This document shows, in pieces, positions 7,895 through 16,301 of a stretch of DNA of 19,253 nucleotides. The position numbers and the translations under genes are program-made. The stretch lies in the NCBI GenBank assembly GCA_013331805.1, contig DUFS01000033.1, positions 1 to 19,253 of the forward strand, in the 5' to 3' direction. The DNA comes from Candidatus Micrarchaeota archaeon. Its GTDB lineage: Archaea; Micrarchaeota; Micrarchaeia; Anstonellales; Anstonellaceae. The notes beneath the pieces were generated by a model, which did no database searches, was not told the origin of the DNA, and saw nothing but the letters and a program-made list of their open reading frames with translations. The number at the start of each line of letters is the position of its first letter. Position 1 is the first letter of the stretch.

Positions 7895-8626
7895 ATGAAG
7901 ACGGCTATTCTTAGGCATCACATAGACGCCATCGTTGCCAACCCAGAGGCAAAAAAGAACGAATTTCTGAACAGGCTCAAGCCCTTTAACTCAGAAAAAT
8001 ATAATGTCCAACTCAATTATCTGAGGCTTCTTGTAGAAAAGATATTTGGTGCAAAGACTCTGACCAGTGAAATATCGTTTGCAAGATTATGGGGACCAGT
8101 CTATCTAACAATGTCCTGCCTGAAAGACTCAAAACAGAACGACTTTTGGAGCTTAGGTCAGGAAATAGGGGCTCTGCTCAAAGAGATCGGTTATCGTGAA
8201 AATACAGGTACCCGGCAGGAGCATAAACTTATTGGCGGTGATGTATGGGTTGGCTACCACCCCTATAAGCCAATAGGTGTGCTGGATGGAAGCATCACTA
8301 TAGAGGAAGCAAGAAAAGCCAGGAAACTGGAAATTAAGACAAACGCCCTTTCGGTATATTACGGTTTGCAAGATAAAAGCCTTGCTAATAAAGTCGCCAA
8401 AACTGCCTATTTTATTAGCAAGGCTCAAGATAAAGGCACCTTGTTTATCTTGTGTGAGTCTCTTAATGACAATGGGGAAACAATCCGCAACCCCCGCCCG
8501 ATAAATAAAGAAATGTTGGTGAAACTGCTTAGCCAGAACGTGTTGGTGGAAGAAGCGATTGACGCATCCCTGGTTCGGAACTGGACAAAAAGCCGCGATT
8601 TCCCGGAAGACCAGCCGGGAAGGTAG
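7895..8626 (+). CDS. Hypothetical protein (AT-rich ORFan)
   Basis: 243-aa ORF with TTTAAA at 7867-7872, 22 nt upstream. Its stop abuts the convergent yunC stop. Confidence 0.7.
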   Translation: MKTAILRHHIDAIVANPEAKKNEFLNRLKPFNSEKYNVQLNYLRLLVEKIFGAKTLTSEISFARLWGPVYLTMSCLKDSKQNDFWSLGQEIGALLKEIGYRENTGTRQEHKLIGGDVWVGYHPYKPIGVLDGSITIEEARKARKLEIKTNALSVYYGLQDKSLANKVAKTAYFISKAQDKGTLFILCESLNDNGETIRNPRPINKEMLVKLLSQNVLVEEAIDASLVRNWTKSRDFPEDQPGR

Positions 8627-8914
8627 TTACTGGTCCATGAGTTCCAGCGCCTTTTTCACCGACATGCCCTCGCGGATGCCGAGGTCGTCTGCCCAGGTGG
8701 TGAAGGTCTTTATCTTTGCCTTGAAGAAGTCCTCGAATGTCTTGACGCCGGTCACGAATGCCGCGATGTCGCCGAATTTTTCAGCCGCGTCCTTGGAGAC
8801 GTAGCTGCAGGCGACGTAGCCCTTTTTCGCCTTCACTATGAGAAGGGGCACGTTTCCAAGCTGGAAGCTCAATCCCACGTAGGTCCGGTCTTCAAAAGTC
8901 AGGGTCTCCTCCAT
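8627..8914 (-). CDS. YunC/DUF1805 family protein
   Basis: PLLIVKA.KGYVAC.Y, AAFVTGVKTFED and LGIREGMS..KAL motifs. GGAGG SD. Confidence 0.85.
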   Translation of the reverse strand: MEETLTFEDRTYVGLSFQLGNVPLLIVKAKKGYVACSYVSKDAAEKFGDIAAFVTGVKTFEDFFKAKIKTFTTWADDLGIREGMSVKKALELMDQ

Positions 8915-8950
8915 AGCAGCGCCTCCTTACTAAGAATTTGGGCTGTTGCC

Positions 8951-9247
8951 TTACCATCTTCGGCCCGAATTCCAGCTTTCAGATTGGTACCGGTTTGCCG
9001 CTCGCTCAGGCTTTGCTGCCTGGCGGATGGCGCGGTTCTTGAGCTTCTCGAAAATGCGCTTGCTCTTGGCGCAAGAAATGCAATAGTGCTTCTCCACGTG
9101 CGTGCTGGAGCGCACGTCGTCAGCCGTCTTCAGGTCGGTCGAGTAAACATTCATGGTGTTATAGGTGATTATCTTGTCGCGCGGTATGGTCCTTCCGCAC
9201 GAGTCGCAGGTGCCCAGTCTTTCCCTTCCCCTTGTTTTGCTCGGCAT
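8951..9247 (-). CDS. rps26e: Small subunit ribosomal protein eS26
   Basis: RGR...CDSCGRTIPRDK and HYCISCA zinc-finger motifs match eS26 (CxxC...PKDK...YCVSCA). SD GGGTGAG. Confidence 0.85.
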   Translation of the reverse strand: MPSKTRGRERLGTCDSCGRTIPRDKIITYNTMNVYSTDLKTADDVRSSTHVEKHYCISCAKSKRIFEKLKNRAIRQAAKPERAANRYQSESWNSGRRW

Positions 9248-9260
9248 AGGAACTCACCCT

Positions 9261-9449
9261 TCATTTCTGCTGGAGCTTGATCGCATACCTGCCCGGGACC
9301 TTGATCTCAAGCTTTTTGCCGATTTCGGATTTCTCAGGGTCCACCACCACAAGGGTGCCCATGAACTTCTCGGTCAGGGTCTGGGAGTGGCAGTTCGGGC
9401 ATTCGGATGCCTCGTTGACTATCAGTCTGCATTGCGTGCAAGCCTTCAT
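9261..9449 (-). CDS. spt4: Transcription elongation factor Spt4 (RpoE'')
   Basis: KACTQC...CPNC, G.LVVVDPEKSEI and PGRYAIK. ATG 9449 (alternative GTG 9458). Directly follows rpo7. Confidence 0.94.
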   Translation of the reverse strand: MKACTQCRLIVNEASECPNCHSQTLTEKFMGTLVVVDPEKSEIGKKLEIKVPGRYAIKLQQK

Positions 9450-9459
9450 GAAAACCACT

Positions 9460-10071
9460 TCAGGATGCCTTTTCCTCGGATTTCTTCTTCTTGCCCTCCT
9501 TCTTCTTTTCGCCGCCCTCCGCTGCTTCTAATGGCTTCTTTGCCGTGAGCCACTCGTCCTTGCCCAAGCCATCGGGCCTCATGGTGAGCCCGACCTTGGT
9601 CTCGGGTATCGAGCCTTTCATTGAAACAGTTGAAATCTTGGCAAACACATGGTCGCCTTTCTTGAGCGCCTTTTTGCTCTCCCTTCCAGTGAACGAGGCG
9701 GTCTTCTTGTTGTAGGTCAAAAAGTCGTTTGCTATCTGGGAAAGGTGCACCAGGCCCTCCATTGGCCCAAGCTGAAGGAATGCGCCGAACTCCACTATTT
9801 CCGAAACCTCTGTCTCGATGATTTCGTTCACCATCGGATGATACGCGAGCACGTCGAACGCGACTTCGTAATACGCGGCATTGTCCCCGGCAATCACCAC
9901 GCCATCGCCTGCCGGCTTGACGTTCCAGAGAGCAAGCACGATCCCTGCGTCCTTGTCAATGCGCCGCTCGTACTTCTCGCGGAGAATCTGGGAGAGCGAG
10001 TCCTCCAGCTTCATGGAAAAATACTGCGCGGGCAATCTAACCTTGTCTTTGCAGGCCAATACAAAATACAT
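9460..10071 (-). CDS. rpo7: RNA polymerase subunit Rpo7 (RpoE')
   Basis: D.VRLP, GD.AAYY.V.F, S1 domain VEFGAF..LGPMEGLVHLSQI and GLTMR..GLGK.EW. ATG 10071 has AGGTG upstream. Confidence 0.95.
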   Translation of the reverse strand: MYFVLACKDKVRLPAQYFSMKLEDSLSQILREKYERRIDKDAGIVLALWNVKPAGDGVVIAGDNAAYYEVAFDVLAYHPMVNEIIETEVSEIVEFGAFLQLGPMEGLVHLSQIANDFLTYNKKTASFTGRESKKALKKGDHVFAKISTVSMKGSIPETKVGLTMRPDGLGKDEWLTAKKPLEAAEGGEKKKEGKKKKSEEKAS

Positions 10072-10156
10072 GGGTGCACCTATGCAATCAGAGCCCCTAA
10101 CGTAGGGCTGTTTACGCATTATCCCGCCGAAGGTTTAAAAACCCCTGCCAGGCGAT

Positions 10157-10999
10157 TCAGGCCCGGACCTTTTGGAATGCCTTCTGAAGCACAAGCGCAT
10201 CCTTCTCAATCAGGGGCGACTCGCAGATGACAGTCCCTTCCCAGCCCCTTTCCTTCCAGGCTGCAGCAAGCGGGGCAAAGGGCGGCGAATCTGCTGACAC
10301 GGGCAAATGGTTTCTTTCCCCCTTGTCGGAAAACTCTATGCCTGAAAAGTGGCAGTGGAAGGTTTTAGCCGCCTTGCTCCCGAGCCCATCTTCCATTTTT
10401 TCCAATATTCTTGCATAGTCATCTTTTATTTTCAATTTCCCCTCCCTTGCATGGTAATGCGCATAGTCAATGACTGGCATGAGCCTCTCCAACCCAAAGT
10501 GCTGTGCAAGGTCGATTATGTCGTCAAGCGAGCCGTAAGCTGATTTCTTACCAGTAAGCTCGGCTCCCAATACTACCCCCCGAATCCCAAGCGCCCTCAT
10601 CTCTTCCAAGCATTGTTCATATGTTCGGTACACCAATTTCTTGCACTCTTCAGGTGCTCTTCCCATATAGTGGCCTGTGTGGATCACTATGGGGGACGCG
10701 CCCAGCCAAAACGCGGCTTGCGCGGTTGACACTATGTAGCGCACGCTTGCCCGAAGCTTGCCTTCCTCCTTTGCGCAGCAGTTGATGTAATAAGGGGCAT
10801 GGCAGGAAAGTTTGACGTTGTTTTTCCCTGCCGCTTCGCCAGCTGCCCGCGCCTTGCCTTCTTTCATGTTCACTCCGTGCACGAACTCGACTTCCATTGC
10901 GGAAAGGCCGATCTTGCGGCAGTACTCTATGCCTGCGGCTGTGCCTTCCCCAGGCGTTTCGATTGGTATTCCAGCAGGACCGAACCTCACACCCATCAT
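10157..10999 (-). CDS. nfo: Endonuclease IV (AP endonuclease family 2, archaeal type)
   Basis: RFGPAGIP, MEVEFV.GV, SCHAPYYIN, E.TGK, DYAH.HAR, HCHFSGIE, GERNH and ICESP motifs. Confidence 0.9.
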   Translation of the reverse strand: MMGVRFGPAGIPIETPGEGTAAGIEYCRKIGLSAMEVEFVHGVNMKEGKARAAGEAAGKNNVKLSCHAPYYINCCAKEEGKLRASVRYIVSTAQAAFWLGASPIVIHTGHYMGRAPEECKKLVYRTYEQCLEEMRALGIRGVVLGAELTGKKSAYGSLDDIIDLAQHFGLERLMPVIDYAHYHAREGKLKIKDDYARILEKMEDGLGSKAAKTFHCHFSGIEFSDKGERNHLPVSADSPPFAPLAAAWKERGWEGTVICESPLIEKDALVLQKAFQKVRA

Positions 11000-11019
11000 T
11001 CACACCGGCTTTTCTTCTT

Positions 11020-11039
11020 AGTGGAGCTGCTGCTCCACT
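11020..11039. terminator. Stem-loop just downstream of sufU (possible terminator or mRNA 3'-stabiliser)
   Basis: AGTGGAGC-TGCT-GCTCCACT, a perfect 8-bp stem, 11 nt past the sufU stop. No U-tract on the minus strand. Confidence 0.4.
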
Positions 11040-11050
11040 TCTGAAAAACT

Positions 11051-11461
11051 CTAAACGAGTTTTTCATCCTCCTCAGTCATTTTCTTCCCCAGATACTTGT
11101 AAACAGCCAGCTTCATCACTTTCAGCGGAAGAAGCGCGCATTTCAGGCGAGCCGGGCCCGGGTCGATTCCCAATGTTGAAAGGAGCTGCTCTTTTTTGAA
11201 TGCCCTCGCGCGCTCAATGGACTTTCCGGCAATTTCTTCAGTCAGCATCGAAGCGGAAGCAAGGCAGATGGCGCATGCGCTCCCCTCGAATTTTATGTCG
11301 GATACGCGGCCGTTTTCGAATGTCAGCTGGTATGTTATGTCATCGCCGCAAAGCGGGTTGGAGTCATGCGCTTCCGAGTCTGCGTGAGCGATTCTTCCCC
11401 TGTTGCGCGGATGCTTGTAGTGGTCGAGTATATTCTCCTTGTACATGTCTGCAGTTGCCAT
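11051..11461 (-). CDS. sufU: Fe-S assembly U-type protein (SufU/IscU family)
   Basis: Y.ENILDHYKHPRN.G, NPLCGD, G.ACAI.LASAS and PARLKCALL. Follows sufS. Confidence 0.9.
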   Translation of the reverse strand: MATADMYKENILDHYKHPRNRGRIAHADSEAHDSNPLCGDDITYQLTFENGRVSDIKFEGSACAICLASASMLTEEIAGKSIERARAFKKEQLLSTLGIDPGPARLKCALLPLKVMKLAVYKYLGKKMTEEDEKLV

Positions 11462-11469
11462 ATTCCCAC

Positions 11470-12678
11470 TCAGCCCAGGGTTTTCTGAGCGCGCTTCATG
11501 GAGGCAGCCAGCCGGTGCACTTCCTCTTCGCTGTTGTAAATGTAAACGCTCGCCCTGCAGGTGGCAGGTTCGCCCATCAGCTTCATCAGAGGCTGCGCGC
11601 AGTGGTGGCCGGTGCGGATCGCTATCCCGTCCTCATCTGCAAATTGCCCCACGTCGTGTGCGTGCAGCTTGCCTATGTTGTACGAGACTATCCCCGCGCC
11701 TTTTTTCGGGCCGTAAAACTTTATTCCAGGAATGCCAGAGAGTTTTTCCCTGCAGTAGGATGCCAATTCCTGTTCGTGCTTCTCAATTTTTTCCATGCCG
11801 ATTTTTTTCAGGTAATCAACTGCTGCCGAAAGCCCGACCGCGCCTGCAACGTTCGGGGTGCCTGCCTCGAACTTGTAAGGCGGCGAATTCCATGTGGCGC
11901 CCTCGAACGTCACCTCCTTTATCATGTCCCCGCCGACAAGGAAGGGAGGAAGGGTTTCCTGCAGATCCCTTCTCATGTAAAGCACGCCAATCCCTGTTGG
12001 CCCCAGCATCTTGTGGCCTGAAAAGGCAAGGAAGTCGCAGCCAATCTTTCGGACATCGACTTTCATGTGCGGAACGGACTGCGCCGCGTCCACGCAAGCG
12101 AGGGCTCCGGACTCATGCGCAAGCCTGCACAATTTCACTGCATCGTTTATCGTTCCAAGCACATTTGAAACGTGCGTGAAGGAGAAAACTGCTGGGCGAA
12201 TTGCAAGCTCCTGCGGCATGTCCTCCATGCAAAGTGCGCCGTAGCTGCGTATTTTCGCGTATTTTATTCTCAGATTGTGCCTTTTTGCATTCATTTGCCA
12301 TGGAACGATGTTGCTGTGGTGCTCCATCTGGGTAAGAAGGATGCTTGAGCCAGGTGCAGCCTGCTGGCAGACGACAGTTGCAACAAGATTCAGCGACTCG
12401 GTCGCGTTTCGCGTGAAGATTATCTCTTCCTGCCTTGCGCCTATGAACGCGGCGATGTTCTTGCGGGCCGATTCGTATCTTTCGGTTGCGTCCGCGACAA
12501 GCCGGTATGCGCCCCTGTGGGGGTTTGCGTTGAAATTCCGGTAATAATCATCCATTGCCTCCATTACTTGGCAGGGCTTTTGCGTGGTTGCCGCATTGTC
12601 AAGGTAGGCCAGGGCACTGCCTTTGAATTTCCTTTTGAAGATGGGGAAATCCTTGCGGATTTTTTCTGGGTCAAGCAT
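11470..12678 (-). CDS. sufS: Cysteine desulfurase SufS (group II)
   Basis: IRKDFP, YLDNAATTQKP, MEHHSN, FSGHKMLGPTG, FEAGTP and RTGHHCAQP. Start reset to ATG 12678. Confidence 0.95.
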   Translation of the reverse strand: MLDPEKIRKDFPIFKRKFKGSALAYLDNAATTQKPCQVMEAMDDYYRNFNANPHRGAYRLVADATERYESARKNIAAFIGARQEEIIFTRNATESLNLVATVVCQQAAPGSSILLTQMEHHSNIVPWQMNAKRHNLRIKYAKIRSYGALCMEDMPQELAIRPAVFSFTHVSNVLGTINDAVKLCRLAHESGALACVDAAQSVPHMKVDVRKIGCDFLAFSGHKMLGPTGIGVLYMRRDLQETLPPFLVGGDMIKEVTFEGATWNSPPYKFEAGTPNVAGAVGLSAAVDYLKKIGMEKIEKHEQELASYCREKLSGIPGIKFYGPKKGAGIVSYNIGKLHAHDVGQFADEDGIAIRTGHHCAQPLMKLMGEPATCRASVYIYNSEEEVHRLAASMKRAQKTLG

Positions 12679-12679
12679 T

Positions 12680-13663
12680 TTAGTCCCTTGGGAAAATGGA
12701 GTGCGCATCCTTTTCAAGCTCTGCCTCAAGCGTGCCAAGCGCGCCTGCATCCATCTCGCTTCTTGAAATTAGGTCGCGCAGGAAACCCTGCAGCACCAGC
12801 AGCTTGCTTTCGCTCTCGCCTATTCCCCGCGAGCGCAAATAAAACAGCTCCTCGTCCTGGAGCGGCGTCATGGAAGAGCCATGCCCTGCAGCAACATCCG
12901 AATTCCTCACGAAAAGCATGGGTATTACCTTGGAAATGGAATTCTCGGAGAGGAGCAGGCTCTTTGCAAGAAGGTGGGTGTCCGAGCCTGGGGCGGCCTG
13001 TTCTATCGTCACCTTGCCATCCACATTGACCTGCGAATTGCCGGCAGTCGCGTACTTGAAGACCGAGCGGGAGTATGTGTCAGGCGCTGTGTGCAGGTGG
13101 TCGGAGTCCAGGAAGAATTTCTGGCCTTGCCTGGCAAGGCCCGCCTCAAAGTGTTCGCAGCGGCTTGCGCGACGGTCCTGGAGGAACAAGAACGCATCGC
13201 GCTTCTCATTGCCGCCAATGTTGGAATTGAGGAATTTCAGCTGCGAGCATTCGCCAAGCCTGGCCACCAAACCAACAGTAGACAAAGCTTTCTCATTGTC
13301 AGCCTGCAAAAAGCAGCAGTGCGCAACCGCTAATTTGGAAAGGAAAATGCCGCGGCATTCCCTGGTGCTTTCCTGAAGCGCGGTCCTGTAAAACACGGTT
13401 GAATGGGAGTTTTCGCCGAATATGAAAAATGTCCCGAAGGCTCTTCCAGGCGGGCTTTTCCTTTCAACAGTGATTTTTGCCCTGGCATGCGGCTCCACCA
13501 CGATTACCGTTCCTTCTTCCATTCCGGCAAGCGCGCTTCTGTATCCCTCAGGGGCATTTTTCACATCCTCTGCACTGAGGATTTTCCCAAGAGCTGTGTC
13601 CTCGAGCGCTTCATGATAGGTGAGAAGCCGGGCATTTCCCTCAATCGTTGTTTCGGGCTTCAT
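12680..13663 (-). CDS. sufD: Fe-S assembly protein SufD
   Basis: Beta-helix-like body with C-terminal LLLS, P.L....DVAAGHGS and LFYLRSRGI...GF. ATGA overlap with sufB. Confidence 0.88.
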   Translation of the reverse strand: MKPETTIEGNARLLTYHEALEDTALGKILSAEDVKNAPEGYRSALAGMEEGTVIVVEPHARAKITVERKSPPGRAFGTFFIFGENSHSTVFYRTALQESTRECRGIFLSKLAVAHCCFLQADNEKALSTVGLVARLGECSQLKFLNSNIGGNEKRDAFLFLQDRRASRCEHFEAGLARQGQKFFLDSDHLHTAPDTYSRSVFKYATAGNSQVNVDGKVTIEQAAPGSDTHLLAKSLLLSENSISKVIPMLFVRNSDVAAGHGSSMTPLQDEELFYLRSRGIGESESKLLVLQGFLRDLISRSEMDAGALGTLEAELEKDAHSIFPRD

Positions 13664-15087
13664 CCAACCGACCCTTCCATTTCCATTTCAATGAGCCTGT
13701 TCATCTCAACAGCGTACTCAAGGGGCAGCTCCTTTACGATTGGCTCAATGAAGCCTCGCACAACAAGCGAAAGCGCCTCATCCGCATCCATCCCCCTGCT
13801 CATCAGGTAGAAAAGCTGCTCCTCGGAAATTCTTCCTACCGATGCTTCGTGGCCGATTACCGCGTCCTTGCTCCTGATATCCATCACAGGGACGGTCTCT
13901 GCCTTTGACTTCGAATCGGCAATGATGCTGTCGCAGCGCACGTTTGATTTCACGCCAGTGCAATGCGCGCCCACCGAGAGCAGCCCCCGGTAGCGGACCA
14001 CACCGCCCTCCTTGCATATGCTCTTTGAGACTATTTTTGAAGACGTATTCGAGGCCATGTGGAATACCTTCGCCCCGGTGTCCTTGACCTGCCCCTCACC
14101 TGCAAGCGCGATGTTCAAATGCTCTGCGCGCGCGCCCCTGCCAACCAGTATGCTGCATGGGTATAGCATGGTGACTCCTGAGCCAAGCGTGCCGCCCACC
14201 CATTCCATTACCGCATCCTGCTGCACAATTGCCCGCTTGGTATTGAGGTTGTAGACATTCCTGCTCCAGTTCTGTATGGAGGTATAGCGGGCGCGCGCCC
14301 CTTTTTGCACGAATATTTCCACGACCGCGGCGTGCATGGAGTCCTTTGTGTAGTGCGGGGCGGAGCAGCCCTCAATGTACTGCACCTGGCTGCCCTCCTC
14401 TGCAATGATCAGGGTGTGCTCGAACTGGCCGAACCCCGGATAGTTCATCATGAAGTAAATCTGGAGCGGCATGGGCACCTTCACGCCCGCAGGGACGTAA
14501 AGGAAGCTTCCGCCGGACCAGAACGCCCCGTGCAGGGCGGCAAATTTGTTGTCAGTGGCAGGGACGCAGCGGTTCATGAAGTATTTTTTCACAAGTTCCG
14601 GATGCTCGCGCACGGCGCTGTCCATGTCGGTGTAAATCACGCCAAGGTCAGAGATGTTGCTTCGCAGGCTCTTGTAGAGCACTTCCGAGTCATACTGCGC
14701 GCCCACTCCTGCGAGAAACTTTCTTTCTGCTTCGGGTATGCCCAGCTTCTCAAACGTGTTCTTTATTTCAGCCGGCACCTCGTCCCAGCTGTTGGGCTTG
14801 TAACCCTGCCCTTTTGGGCGCACAAATCCGACAATGGCTGAGAAATCGAGATGCGACAGGTCGGGTCCCCAAGTTGGGAGGGGTTTTTTCTCGAATATTT
14901 CAAACGACTTTATCCTGTGCCGCCTCATCCAGTCTGGCTCCTCTTTCACTTCCGATATTTCCTTTACAAGCTCAAGCGTGAGGCCGGCATGCTCCGCCCG
15001 GTAGCCAACGTGAAGCTCGCTGTCACTGCCCGGCGCATCGCGCAGCAGCGCATCCCGCCCGTATTCCTTCAGCACGTTTTCATCCAT
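13660..15087 (-). CDS. sufB: Fe-S scaffold protein SufB
   Basis: KEEPDWM, GVGAQYDSE, WSGGSFLYVP, GQFEHTLI, EGCSAP, RCD, HEASVG and ELPLEYAVEMNRLI..EMEGSVG. Confidence 0.97.
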   Translation of the reverse strand: MDENVLKEYGRDALLRDAPGSDSELHVGYRAEHAGLTLELVKEISEVKEEPDWMRRHRIKSFEIFEKKPLPTWGPDLSHLDFSAIVGFVRPKGQGYKPNSWDEVPAEIKNTFEKLGIPEAERKFLAGVGAQYDSEVLYKSLRSNISDLGVIYTDMDSAVREHPELVKKYFMNRCVPATDNKFAALHGAFWSGGSFLYVPAGVKVPMPLQIYFMMNYPGFGQFEHTLIIAEEGSQVQYIEGCSAPHYTKDSMHAAVVEIFVQKGARARYTSIQNWSRNVYNLNTKRAIVQQDAVMEWVGGTLGSGVTMLYPCSILVGRGARAEHLNIALAGEGQVKDTGAKVFHMASNTSSKIVSKSICKEGGVVRYRGLLSVGAHCTGVKSNVRCDSIIADSKSKAETVPVMDIRSKDAVIGHEASVGRISEEQLFYLMSRGMDADEALSLVVRGFIEPIVKELPLEYAVEMNRLIEMEMEGSVG

Positions 15088-15099
15088 GTCTTCACCAAA

Positions 15100-15846
15100 T
15101 TACAAAGCCGGGGCAGCCGCATTTATCCAGCTGTATCCTTTCTCCTCGAGCTGCAGCGCCAGCCTGCCGTCTCCGGATGCGATTATCTGGCCGTCGCGCA
15201 TGACGTGCACGCGATCAGCCTTCAGGTTCTTAAGTATGCGCGCATAGTGCGTGACTATTATCACCGCAGTGTCTGGCTTGCGAATGGAACTAAGCGTTTC
15301 CGCAATTTTTCCAAGAGCATCCACGTCGAGACCGGAGTCAAGTTCGTCAAGCATCGCCACTTTTGGCTCAAGCACCGCAAGCTGGAGTATCTCGCTTCGC
15401 TTTTTCTCCCCTCCTGAAAAGCCCTCGTTCACGCCCCTTTCAGCAAACGAGCTTTCCATCCCAAGATCCCTCATCTTGCCTTTCAATATTTTCTCAAACT
15501 CCGCAACAGACACTTCCTTTCCGTGGCGCGCCACATAGGCTCTCCTCAAAAAGTTCGACAGCGTGACGCCTGATACTTCGTTTGGATGCTGGAAAGCAAG
15601 GAAAAGCCCTGCGCGAGCCCGCTCGTGCGGCTTCATCGCAAGCAGGTCCTTCCCGTCGAATGCAGCTGCGCCCTCCACCCTGTATTTCGGATGCCCCGCA
15701 AGCGCATTCAAAAGCGTGCTTTTTCCCGAGCCGTTCTGGCCCATAATCACGTGCACTTCGCCTGGGTTTATGGCAAGCGACAAGCCCTTTACGATTTCCT
15801 TGTCCTCGGCAAACGCCCTCAGGTTTTTTATTTCAAGCAAAGCCAT
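15100..15846 (-). CDS. sufC: Fe-S assembly ABC ATPase SufC
   Basis: GQNGSGKST, GLFLAFQHP, NEGFSGGEKKR, LDELDSGLDVD and THY. Start at ATG 15846. Confidence 0.96.
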   Translation of the reverse strand: MALLEIKNLRAFAEDKEIVKGLSLAINPGEVHVIMGQNGSGKSTLLNALAGHPKYRVEGAAAFDGKDLLAMKPHERARAGLFLAFQHPNEVSGVTLSNFLRRAYVARHGKEVSVAEFEKILKGKMRDLGMESSFAERGVNEGFSGGEKKRSEILQLAVLEPKVAMLDELDSGLDVDALGKIAETLSSIRKPDTAVIIVTHYARILKNLKADRVHVMRDGQIIASGDGRLALQLEEKGYSWINAAAPAL

Positions 15847-15860
15847 CCAAACACACCCGT

Positions 15861-16193
15861 CTAATGCGACATGCAAATTGCGCACGGGTCGCCCTTACCC
15901 AATTTTGACCCTTTGGCAATGACGATTATCTTTGCAAGTTCCGAATTGATTCTTTCCCCTTTCACCCTTCCGGATGCGATCTTTTTCGCAAGCAGTCCAC
16001 AGGCTTCCTTTGTCGCAGTGCCCAGCTTTCCTCCCCCCCGCTTCCCGGACAAGTACTGCGAGACTGCCGCGCTGGTAGTTCCCAAAGAAGACGCAATTTT
16101 GTTCTGGGGCACCCCAGCCTTTCCCATCCCAACAGCAATCTCCCTGGAGATGGCTGGAAGCAGTTTCCAGTGCACGTCCGCGCAAGGCAGCAT
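15861..16193 (-). CDS. Archaeal HTH transcriptional regulator (COG2522-like) with Cys ligands
   Basis: MLPC....WKLLPAI.REIA, XRE-type HTH Q..IAS.LGTT.AAVSQYLSGKRG, and C-terminal CAICMSH. SD AGGTGAG supports ATG 16193 (110 aa). Confidence 0.85.
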   Translation of the reverse strand: MLPCADVHWKLLPAISREIAVGMGKAGVPQNKIASSLGTTSAAVSQYLSGKRGGGKLGTATKEACGLLAKKIASGRVKGERINSELAKIIVIAKGSKLGKGDPCAICMSH

Positions 16194-16204
16194 GATCTCA
16201 CCTT

Positions 16205-16218
16205 TTAACAATTGTTAA
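16205..16218. promoter_or_regulatory. Perfect 14-bp palindrome, candidate operator of the SUF operon
   Basis: TTAACAATTGTTAA lies between the minus-strand TATA box (TTAAATA, 16241-16235) and the regulator SD. Confidence 0.6.
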
Positions 16219-16234
16219 TTTCCCGAACAATGAG

Positions 16235-16241
16235 TATTTAA
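16235..16241 (-). promoter_or_regulatory. TATA box of the regulator-SUF operon
   Basis: TTAAATA on the minus strand, ~42-48 nt upstream of ATG 16193, consistent with a short SD-containing leader. Confidence 0.55.
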
Positions 16242-16301
16242 TCCCAACCTACCCGCCAGGGGTTAGCATAGCGTTTTAATCACGCCCATTCACCGTTTGC
16301 C

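Noticed and set aside
11200..15922. Long plus-strand ORFs opposite the SUF genes (e.g. 11200-12021, 11439-12179, 14851-15417)
   Set aside because: Antisense shadows of well-supported genes, with no recognisable motifs.
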